The position numbers were made by a program, and so were the translations under genes. 64,000 bases of DNA from Eledone cirrhosa (Eukaryota), in contig OZ024743.1 of assembly GCA_964016885.1 (NCBI GenBank), positions 367,908,001-367,972,000 of the forward strand, read 5' to 3'. Below are positions 1-11,690 of this stretch, piece by piece. The stretch's first letter is position 1. The number at the start of each line of letters is the position of its first letter. The notes beneath the pieces were generated by a model. That model was given only the letters and a program-made list of their open reading frames with translations, was not told where the DNA came from and did not search any database.

Positions 1-93
1 CCTTCTGTCTAGTTAAGTATCACCATGTTGTCTGCACTTTTCCAGCCAACCGATTTTACACTCTATATCTATAAATACATTAACTAATCTCTA

Positions 94-155
94 AACCCAT
101 GCTAGCGCGGAAGATAGACGTTAAACGATGATGATGATGATGATGATGATGATGA
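94..155 (+). repeat. RTE-type 3' tail (AACCCATGCTAGC..GGAA..TAGACGTTAAA followed by (GAT)n)
   Basis: The same motif ends the RTE LINE at 54235-54285 and recurs at about 1220-1278, 1885-1925(-), 7095-7160(-) and 29465-29525(-). Confidence 0.7.
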
Positions 156-230
156 TAATAGTATTTAATATATTGATATATCTATATATGTATGTATCTA
201 TATATCTATATATGTATGTATATATATATC

Positions 231-920
231 AAGGGAACATGCCAGTCAGATAGATTATATCCTTACCAGAAGACATGACAAAGTGTCGGTTGTAAACACT
301 AAATCCCTACCCTGCGAAGAATGCACCTCCCAACATAACCTCATAGTTAGTGACCTCATAGTCAGGATGAGACATACTCGACAACAGAGGAGGACTACCC
401 TGAGAAAAAGAATATGGAAGTTAAAGGACCCCACAACCAGTAACAAATTTAAAAGCATACTACTCAATTCTTTTGACAGTAAGGAAGAGCAATTAGAGCA
501 GTACAATATAGAGGAACAGTGGGAATTCCTGAAAGTTAACCTGCTGAAGGCGACATATGAAATCTCTGGCTGGAGCAGACCTATAGGCAGGAGGAGAGTA
601 GCGTGGTGGTGGAACAGTAAGGGGGAGGAGTCAATCAAGACTAAGAAGCAAGCTTGGAAAGTATGGCGGGATGGGGGAAGTAGAGAACACTATCAAATGG
701 CGAGGAGGGAAGCTAGGAGACAAGTGTACTTTGCAAGAAGGGAAGCAGAGGAAAGAAAATTCAAGCAGGTTCTACAACACGAGGACCAAAAACGTGAGGT
801 GTTCAGGATTGCTAGACAATGTGTCAAGGAAAATCGTGATATTGTCGGGGAGAAGTGATGATGGTATACTTGCGTCACTGATACTGATAAGAAGGTGGCT
901 TGGAAGTGTCGTAGGCTCCT
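231..920 (+). mobile_element. RTE-clade LINE fragment (end of APE endonuclease plus linker), decayed
   Basis: ORF 283-858 (EEC.SQHNLIVSDL, WWWN..., EDQKREVFRIARQCV) is visibly paralogous to the RTE copy at 51437-54285. Confidence 0.8.
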
Positions 921-1084
921 CCTAACCAAAAATACCCCCCCCCCACTACCCTTACCCCCCCCCCCCCCCCATCTACACCTCCTAAAGTTATGTTGGTGCC
1001 ACAACATCCAGTTCTAAATAAATGAGGTCGTGTAGGTGTCACAACAAAAAAACACACAGTCCACGCTGTAATATGGCCGTGTAG

Positions 1085-1278
1085 GTAACACGGTAAAAAC
1101 CTCCCAGCCCACACTGTAAACGTGGTTGGTGTTAGGAAGGGCATCCAGCCGTAGAAAACCCACCAGACAGTCCTATATGAGCGAGATAACCAATCTTGCC
1201 TCAAGTGGGACAATTCCCATTTAAACCCATGCTAGCGTGGATGATAGACATTAAACGACGATGATGATGATGATGATA
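1085..1278 (+). mobile_element. RTE-derived short non-autonomous element (SINE-like)
   Basis: Core CACACTGTAAA.GTGGTTGG.GTTAGGAAGGGCATCCAGC followed by the RTE 3' tail and (GAT)n; related copies at 7095-7370(-), 27310-27420(+) and 29465-29630(-). Confidence 0.65.
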
Positions 1279-1397
1279 TATATATGTATATATATATATC
1301 TATATATCTATATGTATGTATGTGTATATGCGAATAGATGACAATGAATATGCGAATAGATGACAGTTGATAATATGTATGTGATTATATAGATATA

Positions 1398-1750
1398 TAC
1401 TTCGTTTTTGTATTTGTTTTGCAAGATTTCTTATCTGAAAATGAATGTTGAAACAGATGCTGTTATACTTTGGGAGGGCCATGCTGCAAATAAAAACACA
1501 TGCATCTGTTGGTTTACATTTCAATTTATTACAAATTTCCAAAATGGTGTTGGACAGAACAAAGGATAGACTCAAAATAACAGATAATCACTGGAGAGGT
1601 CACAGAATGTGTGAAGAAAGAGCTTTGACAATAAATAACCAGCCATCCGGTTATTAAACCAACTAACTGGAAATGTATAACAAATTAAAGAGAAAACCAA
1701 CAGGTATGTGTGTTTTAATTGGCAGCATGAACCTCCCACAGTATAACAAT
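1398..1750. mobile_element. Fold-back/MITE-like element with long inverted arms, copy 1
   Basis: TGTTATACTTTGGGAGGGCCATGCTGC (1461) is inverted relative to GCAGCATGAACCTCCCACAGTATAACA (about 1749); homologous copy at 50931-51290. Confidence 0.7.
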
Positions 1751-4148
1751 ATATATTATATATCACTCCCATTTAGGAATATCATCATTTAATGTCAAGG
1801 AAAACAGACGTTGAATGATGATGATGAAGTTGGTGATGATGATGAGGATGAGGATGATGTTGATGGTGATAATGATGATGATGATCCTCATCATCATTTA
1901 ACGTCTATCTTCCATGCTAGCATGATGATGATGATATTACTTATTTGGAATGAAGATCTTCATTTGATTTTAAAAAGCTTCATATACATGAAAATATCTA
2001 ATGGAGGTTATAGGTAATGTTTTCTGAAGTAGTGACTTCCGTTTCTACTTTCAATATTTATTGATATAACAATCCATTATTAGAAAATTAACAAATATTT
2101 GGAATTTCTGGTGTAAAGAATAAGTAAAATACTCAAGTTTATTAAAAACAGAAAATCAAAAACTTTTAGTTAAATTTTAACATGATGAATATTATCAAAT
2201 GCTATTATGTATAAATGGCAAATTGAAAAATATTCATTGTAAATGCTAATATGGAAAGAATTTTTTTAAATATCTAATGAACACTTTGTAAAATCATTGA
2301 AATATGCTGTTTGATGCCAGGTGAATAAATAATGTATGCTGACATGGCAAAGTTATTGTCTTTTTAAAATTAGTTTTTCATTTCATTTTGCTTTTATATT
2401 CCTTTCCTATTTTGAGTTCTGTTTTAGAGGAGGATGTAAAAATATTTTCAATATTTTTTCTGACAATTGAAACAATATTTTACTTGAACAAGCAGAACAA
2501 AATGCCATTATTTCCAATGTATAATGCTATGTTTTGGGATGAAATAACAAATAAAAATGTGTCAAAACAATAGCTGACATTGTATTTGGAGGAATGGAAT
2601 AGAGTGAATTGTTATAACAAAGAATTGTCATCACACTTCTGGAAAGCATTGACAGACAGTATAGCATATATATAGCATATATATAGCATATATATAGCAT
2701 GAACAAATATTATAGAACCAATTATAGTAGGTATATAATGCAGATATACAAAATAGTGGGTCTATAGATTGGGTAAATAACACAGTAGCTATATAACATT
2801 GATATCTGATTTTGAGTTTCGAGCATGGATAGCTGACAGTCAGTATATATAGCATGGATAAACAACATAGTGATTAAATAGCATGAACAAGTAACATAGC
2901 ATATATATAGTAAGGAGAGAAGGCGTAGTAGACATATATAGCATAAGTAGATAACACAGGGAGAAATGGATAGATAAGACAAGGTATATATAGCAGGAAT
3001 AGACAACATAGTGGACATGCTGAAAAAAAACAGCTTTTGCAAGTATGGAAAAACAGGCATAAAATATTATGATAGTAGTGGTAATCAAGATTGGCGTATA
3101 TAATATCTACATTTGGGCTTCTGTTAACCAATATTTTCATATTAAGTCTTTATATACCAATGCTCTTCTCTTTGTTACTATCTCATCTACCACATTCACT
3201 TTCCCTATCAATTCACTTCCCTACTATCTCTCTCTCCCTATAATCCTGACTTTGTAAAGACAGATGACATTGCATTGAACCTGTCCCTATTCAATCCATC
3301 CTTTACTAAACCCCCCTCTCTCCCTTTCTCTCCTCTCTCATTCATTAGTGACATACATCACTACCATCTCTCTTTCTCTCTTTTAGCATCACCCATCTTT
3401 ATTGCTATTCATCACCCTTGCTCACATTATTCCATCCTATGTCACTTATTGATGACATCCATCTCTCTCTCTCTCTTTTCTATCACTCCTTCTCATTTCA
3501 GTACTTCTATCACCCTGTTTCCTTCCTATCATCCTGTCTTCCCATCACACCACTCATATTGTTTCCATTCAATCTCCTTACCAACAATCAAGCAACATAA
3601 ACCACCCATTCAGAGCACACGTCCATATCAATATAATTATTTCTCTGATATCTGGTTCCTTTTCCCTCATCCTAAATTAATCATGCACATCATACATACT
3701 GGTCAGTTGACACCTCTTAATTGTAATGACTTTGTGTTATAATAAAAGAAAAAAATTATGTTTTTATTCTATAAGGCTTAACTAAAGCTAAATGAAAATC
3801 TGGTTGGGGAATTAATAGAAGTTATTGTTAGGAATTACATTCAAAAGAAATAAAAGACCCAGTCTTCAGTACCAGTGATGAAATATCAGTGCCATCTAAA
3901 AAAGGCCTTCCCTCTATATGTAAGATAGTTGATATGAAATTAGTACTGTGTATATAGTGCAAGCTGTGAGTACATGAAAGACACAGTTCAATCTCTCTTT
4001 GAGACTGTCAAAGAACTAGGACTTCAGGTGTACAATATCAGTAGAGACACCTAGGAAATCCTAATTATCATTAACATCACTTTTATACCCATTTTTGTAT
4101 GTTGGCACAAGCTGGATGAAGGCTGAAGCTTAACCCAGTTTCATTGAA

Positions 4149-4354
4149 CCCTTTAGCATTTACATTACTCTATATTTACTATTATATTTTCACAGTAATG
4201 GCTTTACTTCACATAATTATTTCACATTATATCGTATCTATGAGATTTTGATATTATTTATTTTGAGAACAATACTTTAAGTTAAGTATGAGCAACTGGT
4301 TACAGCCAGTTGAGAGAATTCTGGCAGGATACAGCTGGTTTAAATGCTAAAGGG
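4149..4354. mobile_element. piggyBac-type MITE
   Basis: TIR CCCTTTAGCATTT...AAATGCTAAAGGG flanked by TGAA/TTAA; second copy at 58497-58717. Confidence 0.75.
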
Positions 4355-4374
4355 TTAAAGTTAAGCAATTGAGA

Positions 4375-4512
4375 TAGTACTGGTATTTATTTTCAGCTGA
4401 GTGGAGGGGAACCATGTGAAATGAAATACCTTACTCAAAAACCAAAGTGCTGGCTGGTCCAGGGATTGAACTCACAACCTTACATTCATGAGAACCACTA
4501 GCTCATGCACTT
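4375..4512 (-). mobile_element. tRNA-derived SINE, degenerate
   Basis: B-box-like GAGTTCAATCCC on the minus strand and AATAAATACCAGTAC tail. Confidence 0.45.
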
Positions 4513-7094
4513 TCACTAGTCATGGAATGAAGTCCATAGATATCTCACTGTATGCATTTGGTAGATTCTATTAACTAGGTAATCTATTCTGTACTAGAAA
4601 TGGTTATATTGAAAGTAAAGTTGTCACAGTAAAGTAAGATGGAAGAAGTTCAGGTTATTGTAACCACTATTCTGCAAAAGGTACATGATATGAAGTGGTA
4701 TGTTATATGGTAATGAGACATTGGACATTGGAAGTGAAAGAACCGAGGAAGTTGGTGATAAATGAGAGGGACATGACCTAATATATATATATATACATAC
4801 ATGCAAGGTGAAGCACCGGTGTACTGGCTTTTAATGGCATTAGCTGATATCTACAGGAGAATTCATTACATTAGTGTAGACATGATTTGAGCAAATAATG
4901 TGGGTTGCATGAAAAAAGTGCCATGTGCAAAGGATACCCATCTCAAAGAATAACCAAGGAAGATGAGGGAAACATTGTAAGGTGAAATCTCATAATACTG
5001 GGATTCACTAAAAGATAACAAAGACTGAGATGATTGACAATATGTTGTATGTCAGACCTGTCCAACCCTTGCCAGTTTTGATACAAACCTGCCACAAAAC
5101 ACCCCTAATTTTATGAAACAAAACCACTTATTTTAAAGGGTTCCTATTTAAATTAAAATCTTCCAACATAATTTTATATAAGAACCATATGTTACTATCT
5201 TAATAATAAAATAATTGAAAATTTTAATAAATTCCTCCAAATTCTTTATTAATGAATTCAAATATGATGTATTTCACAAAAAAATATGGTAATGAAAGAA
5301 TTAAAACAATGATAATAATGGGTGGGGCCAGTGGTGTATAGCTGGGTGTGTAGGGGGTGCAGCAGCTTCACCCCAACAAAAATAAAATTGTTGGAAAATT
5401 TGTTTTTTTCAGAAAATTCTGAAATTTTCAAAAGATAATGTATACTTTGCCCTTTATTTTAATTACATGAAAGGTAAGTTTGTATTTGTTCATATTATCA
5501 ATATCATATAAGATTTCTCTCTTTCTCTTATTGATTTTTTTTCTTTTTATACCACTGTCAATATATTTATATACATAGTACGCCCTATAAATTGTTAGTG
5601 TTGTTGCCTTCATAGAATATACCTCATCAGGTCTGTAAAGTGGTTGTGCTGATGTTGCAAAAAATGCACCCAGTATACTCTTTAAAATTAGTCATTTTTG
5701 TTGGAAAATTATGAACGCCTCCTGCACCTCCAAAAATGATAGGAGCAATATACTTATGGGTGTGGTGGTACAATGATGATTGATCCAATATTTATAAAGC
5801 TCATTCTATTTCTACCTTATTGCTCAACCAATGGACCATACTCAAGTTATTCTACTCTACTTACAGTGGATTCATTGTATTTATGTTTTACTAACATACA
5901 TGGCATTTCTTACATATGTTCCATATAGCAAATCTTTTAGAGGGAGGAGGGAAGAGAAGGGGAGAGAGAGAGAGAGAAGGAGACAGAGAAACCATTGTTA
6001 TTAACTCTGGCACATCTCTTGAATTCTAGCAGCTGTGTTTCCAATGCTGTGTGCAAGAGTTGTGCTTGTGTGTGTACACACACACATATATATATATACA
6101 CGCATACAAAGAGTGAAAGAGAGAGTGGCATACACACACACACACATAAATACCTAATATAACTTATGAAATGTATATACAAACACACATTCGAGTTATT
6201 GGATACATGCATGCATACATTCATACATGTGTGTGTGTGTGTGTGTGTGTATGTGTGTGTGTGAGTGTTTGTATGTCTATATAGATATAAACATATACAT
6301 GCATAACAATAAACAAATATACTGATATATAAAGATAACTGTATACATGCCTGCATGGAGCCTTTATAACCACATAGAACTCTCACATCAATAGAATTTA
6401 TTACAAAAACAAAGAGATTTGACAGTTTTCTGTCATCCAATTATCTTGCAGTTTTCATAAATCATTTTAGTCTAAATGAACTATATCATTATTCTGTGAG
6501 ATGCTAAGGAGCAATATTGGTAATACCTTTTAGTGTCTCTGCCTTCAGTTGTGTTCCTTGGAGAGTCCAGAATATTTACTATTGTATGGATGAATAGTTT
6601 TGAGGGATTGGGAATTGAAGAAATAATAATTTTGGTTTTACACAGAACTTATTTGAATAAAGTGAATAGCTTCTTCACAATGGCATTAATCTATTTATAG
6701 TGAACAGAATATTCTTTATATGTCGCTTTTCATACAGAAAAAAATCTGATTATATGCAGAGGAAAAATTTTTCAAAATTGATGGAGTTGATATAGCTGGA
6801 ACAAATTATTGTAGTTCTGAAGAGTGGGAGATGAAGCTTATGGTGCATGTGTATGGTTGTTTAGTGCAAAACATAAAGCAAACCTTCTTTTTTCCGAATG
6901 AGATGTTGGAAATTTTCTATTTTACAATATGATGATTGTCGAATATTTGAGGAAGTAAAAATAAAGTAAAGTAATATTAATAACATATTGTCAAAAATTT
7001 GTGTTCACCATTGATATGAATGTTTAGTAATGATAAAAATTATAAATTTTATTTTCATTATTTATCTGTAGCTAATATACAATATTATAATAAT

Positions 7095-7370
7095 CATCAT
7101 CATCATCATCATCGCCGTTTTACGTCCATTCTTCCACGCTAGCATGGGTTAGACGGGTTGTCCTGTTGTGGGCAATGCCAGGTCAGGTGACCATGTCTTG
7201 CTCATACAGAACTTATTTTGGCTTGATTTCTACAGCTGGATGCCCTTCCTAACACCAACCTCATTTACAGTGAGTGCTGGATGCTTTTTTTACTGTGGCA
7301 CCTACAGAACCACTTTACAGAGTGGACTGGGTGCTTTTTTTGTCGTGACACCTACATAACCCCTTTACAG
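7095..7370 (-). mobile_element. RTE-derived short element (same family as 1085-1278)
   Basis: Reverse complement of the GTTAGGAAGGGCATCCAGC core and RTE tail, with (CAT)n on the + strand. Confidence 0.65.
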
Positions 7371-7664
7371 TGTGTGTGTGGGGGGGGGGGGCAAATGTAC
7401 AATATTATAATCTTGATAACAACCCTTTCCATATAGCACATAAATGCATTGCAATGAAATTGTGATAATAATCAGGTCGCAGGGGTGTGAAGAACATTTT
7501 GACACCACAAAAAATTGAAATGTGTATGTTTGTGTTGAAATGACTAAAATGACTCTTCCAGTATATAATTGCTCCAGTTTTTAAAGGTTCGGCAAGGGTA
7601 CAAAAACCCAGGGGAACATTGATATATGTTGCCTAAAAAAGAGTATCAACTTTGCAACAACTTT

Positions 7665-8110
7665 ATCATCATCATCATCATCATGATTATCATCATTTTA
7701 CTCCTGCTTTTCCTTGCTTGCAAGGGTCGGACGAGTCTTATTAAGCACGGCATCTCTCCATTCGTCATGGTCCTTTATCATCTCCTCCATGAGCTTCAGC
7801 GATCTGAGGTCTGCTCTCAACACCTCCGCCCATGTTTTTCGTGGTCTTCCTCGACTGCGTTTTCCCTCTACTGGGATTTCTTGGCACTTCTTTACCCAGC
7901 GTTCCATGCACATCACATGTCCATACAACGCAGTCTTCTCTCCTGCACACTACAGCCTATCTCTCTTACACTTTCTCCCTCAACTCATCTATGCTTGGTT
8001 GTTCTTGCACATTGACATTGCACATCCAACGGAGCATGCTTGCTTCATTTCTCTCCAGCCATCGCATATCTTTCACAGTTGCTGCCCATGTCTCATTACC
8101 ATGTATAAAA
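7665..8110 (-). mobile_element. RTE LINE 3' fragment
   Basis: ORF 7698-7928 (YGHVMCME..WVKKC..IPVEGKRSRGRPRKTWAEV) is the typical RTE C-terminus; (GAT)n tail. Confidence 0.85.
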
Positions 8111-8283
8111 TAATTCATTTCACAGAAATATAACTTACTTATTTATTTATTTGTACTAATGAATAATAGTCTTAGAAGAAGCAACAATGCCTAACTATTG
8201 AAGAATTCTGGTCTCATGTCCAAAAAGTAATTGAAGAAATCCTTATTTATAACTGTTATAAATCTGATGTCAAATGTCAGGTA

Positions 8284-11200
8284 TAATAATAATAATAATA
8301 ATGAAATTATTGTGTAAAGTGCTCAGGTGCACTACAACTCGTCAAAGGTGCATGTATAGTACATAGAATAATATACAAATGTCAGGGAAGTGAATAGTAT
8401 ATGAGTCATGATATACATGTGTGTATGTGTATGGAGGGGGAACATTAAGTGTAGTGTTGGCGAATCTCAGGAAGCATGGAGGTTTTAAAGGATGCAGTGT
8501 CTCAACAGCTAACAACTAATGCAGGTAGTTTGTTCCATGCTTCAGCAACTCTGAGCGTGAAAAAATGTTTCCGAAAGTCATGGGAACTGTGCTGTTTTCT
8601 GACTATGTGGGCATGCCCACATGTGTTAGACACATGGAAATCAAAAAGGTACTCAGGGTTGTTGTTGGCAAGATGGTTAACAATTTTGTGGGTGTTTACC
8701 AAGCCAGTTGCCAGGCGTCGGAGCTTCAATGTATCCATGCCCAGGGAAGCAAGGCGTTCAGAGTATGGTAGATGCCTGATGGTTGCACGTCTCTGAACAG
8801 TTTCCAGGCGGTCAATGTTCTGAACAAGATAGGGGTTCCAGACTGGTGATGCAAATTTTAAATGTGGCCGGACCATAGCCATGTACAGCCTTAAATAGAT
8901 GGCTGGAGAGCGGCTGACAAAGGTCTTGCTGAGTGATGCTAAGACACCCTCGGCCCTCTTGACAATTTTAGAGACGTGCTTCGTCCAACGCAAATCGCTG
9001 CTGACCGTAATGCCCAGGTCATGTTCACAAGAAGACTTCTTGATATTAGTGCTGTGGAGGGAGTATGTGGACGCTGGGTTTTTACTCCCAAAATGCATGG
9101 TGGTGCATTTGTCCACATCTAGCTTGAGTTGCCAGTCTGTGATCCATTGTGTCCAGGTCAGACTGCAAGCAAGATCTATAGTGTTCATGATCTGTCCTTT
9201 TTATCTCAAGGTACAGCTTGATGTCATCTGCGTACTTCAGTACTGTGGCATTCTTTAAGTTGGCATCTATGTCATTAATATATGCCACAAACAAAAGGGG
9301 GCCAAGAACAGATCCCTATGGTACACCAGATGACATCTCATATGGTGAGGAATGCTGTCCCAGAACCGTGACTACCTCTCTTTGACTGAGAATGAAGGAC
9401 TTCAACCAGTTAAAAAGATCATCCTTCACACCCATTGCAGAGAGTTTTACCATAAGCCTTTTGTGTGGCACAAAATTGAAAGCTTTCGCAAAGTCAAGGT
9501 AAACAACATCCACCCATAAGCCACCATCAGCGATCCGGGTGATGTCTTCAAGAAACTCGATAAGTTGATCATAGCAGCTGGAATTGGGGATAAATCCAAA
9601 TTGCGAGGGCCAGATAAGACTGTGAGAGTTCCAGAAGTTCCAAAGTGTTTCTCTGACACAGGATTCCATCAGTTTGGCAATGTAACTAGTAAGACTGACT
9701 GGACGATAGTTCACAGGTGATGTGCGGTCACCCTTTTTGAACAGAGGAATGACACTGGCAGTTTTCCACTGTTCTGGAGTAGCACCGTTGTTCAAACAGA
9801 ATTGGAAGAAGCGTGATAGCTGGTGCAGAAGGGAGTACCCACCACGTTTAAGAAGCAGGTACGTAACACCATCAAGACCAGGAGAGGCATGGTTGCATTT
9901 ATTTTTTAGGTGACGTCGCAGCATTGCAGGTGTAAATTCCATGGTTGTAATAGAATCCGGTGTCATAGGTGGTGGAGACGGTACACTCTGGTCTTCAATA
10001 GTGAAAATGCCTGCATAGCATTCAGCAATGAGCTCTGCGCATTCCTTAGGGTCGTCAGTAACCTGGCTTGTGTGGGGATTGTGAAGTGGACCAACTGGAG
10101 AGTGAGGCCTCTGCTTTGAGTGAACATACTTCCAGAACACCTTACTGTCAGGGCTGGTTGCTATGCGCTGCTCAAATTGAAGCACTGCCTTTTTTGTCAC
10201 CTGTTTGAGGTGGTTGGACGATCTATTTCGCCTCTTCCTATTAATGTCTGATTTGTGCAGTTTGTACTCACGTTCAGCATTGCGACGTTCTTTTCTGGCA
10301 AGACGGATGGCTGCAGTCTCCCAAATTGCACTTTTGGCATGTTTTTTTCCGCTTACGTGGCACCAATGCTGCACATGCTGTCCATATTGAGCTCAGGATG
10401 TTCTAGAGTACAGTGTTGACATCTCCAGAGTTGTAGAACTCAAGCCAATTTGGACATTGCAACTCAGTGCAGTAACAGTTCCAGTCTGCTTTATTCCAGT
10501 AAAAGTGAGCAGTTTGGAGATGGCTGTGGTTCTTGTTACTGCCCATGAGGGATAGATTGGCAATGATCATAGCATGATCAGAGTCACCTAAAGGTTTCTC
10601 AGCAGTAACACTAATGACCTTTTCAGGAGTAGTGGTGAAGAGTAGGTCCAAAGTGTTGTCACCTCTTGTTGGAGAGGTGATTTCTTGGGACCAATTCGAG
10701 TCCAGCACTAGCTCAAGGAAGTCATTTGCACTTGGCGGCCAACGAAAGGTTTCCCAGTTAATCTCAGGGTGATTGAAGTCTCCTGCAATAAAAACATAAG
10801 TGGCTGTTTTCCTGGCAGCAGCAGCTGAGGATATCACAAAGTTGAGTGTCCTGATCGTAATTTGGGGGACAGTAAACGACTCCAAGTAGCAGTATTGACA
10901 TGGTCATATGTATATTGCAGAAAAAAACTTCTTGCTGTGATTGGTTCAAATCAGCACAAGGAATTGCCGACTAATTTGACCGAATCTAGACCATTACACC
11001 ACCACCATGACGATTAATGCGGTCTTTACGAAACAGGTTGTATCCAGTTATGCTGAAAACCCCATCACAGAGTAAGGGATGTGCCCAAGTTTCCATGACT
11101 GTAATGAAGTCAGGGTTGATACTTTTGACGTAGGAGTCAAAAAGATGAATCTTATTGCATAGACTATGTGCATTCAAGGACAACAATTTGTATCTTGATT

Positions 11201-11690
11201 CCAGTATATGATTATGTGCAGGGATGGTAGGTTGTTCTGATTTAATTTCCCAGAGGTTTTTCAGTGTTTTTATTGTCAGTTGTTGTGGGTACAGTGTTTT
11301 CAGACCAGCTGATATCTCTTTTCCATGTTTCACCAGCCATAACAAACTTCCATATCTGCGCATCATCATGTAGGCTGAAGCTTTCATGTTCTGCCGAGCT
11401 GCGGTTTAAGGAAGCTGCAGCACGCAACTTTGGGCGGACATCAGGTGGAAGACCAGGGCATGTTCGGAAAGCAATCTGACTTTCACGCCTAGCTTTATCA
11501 GGGGCTACAAAGAATGAACGTGCCTCAGTTGAGTTCGAAAAAGACAGTCCAATTAGCCTGGGTTTTGGGCTTGGTCGGCCAAGGCGTAGAGCACCCTTTG
11601 CGGGAGCACAGCCCAAGTCTTTGGATGAACTGGCAGCAAATGACTGAAGATCAACTATGTCTTCTGGTACACCAATGGCAATCGCTTCGT
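8284..11690 (-). mobile_element. CR1-group LINE, 5'-truncated within ORF1; ORF2 (APE + RT) frameshifted
   Basis: APE motifs (LNAHSL, METW, GGGV, AGDFN, LDLL, SDH) in 10403-11387; RT motifs (NYRPVSL, QFGF, YLDFAKAF, GVP, KYADD, VRPHL) in 8502-10374; ORF1-like IGVPE..RLGRP..PRLI in 11242-11690; (ATT)n tail at about 8284-8302. Confidence 0.92.

Noticed and set aside
1428-1468. CTGAAAA...GAAACAGATGCTGTT hammerhead-like string
   Set aside because: No stem II, only a 3-bp stem I, and absent from the second copy of the element.
2600-3742. ORFs rich in Y/I/L and S/H/P
   Set aside because: Low-complexity degenerate repeats and pyrimidine-rich tracts.
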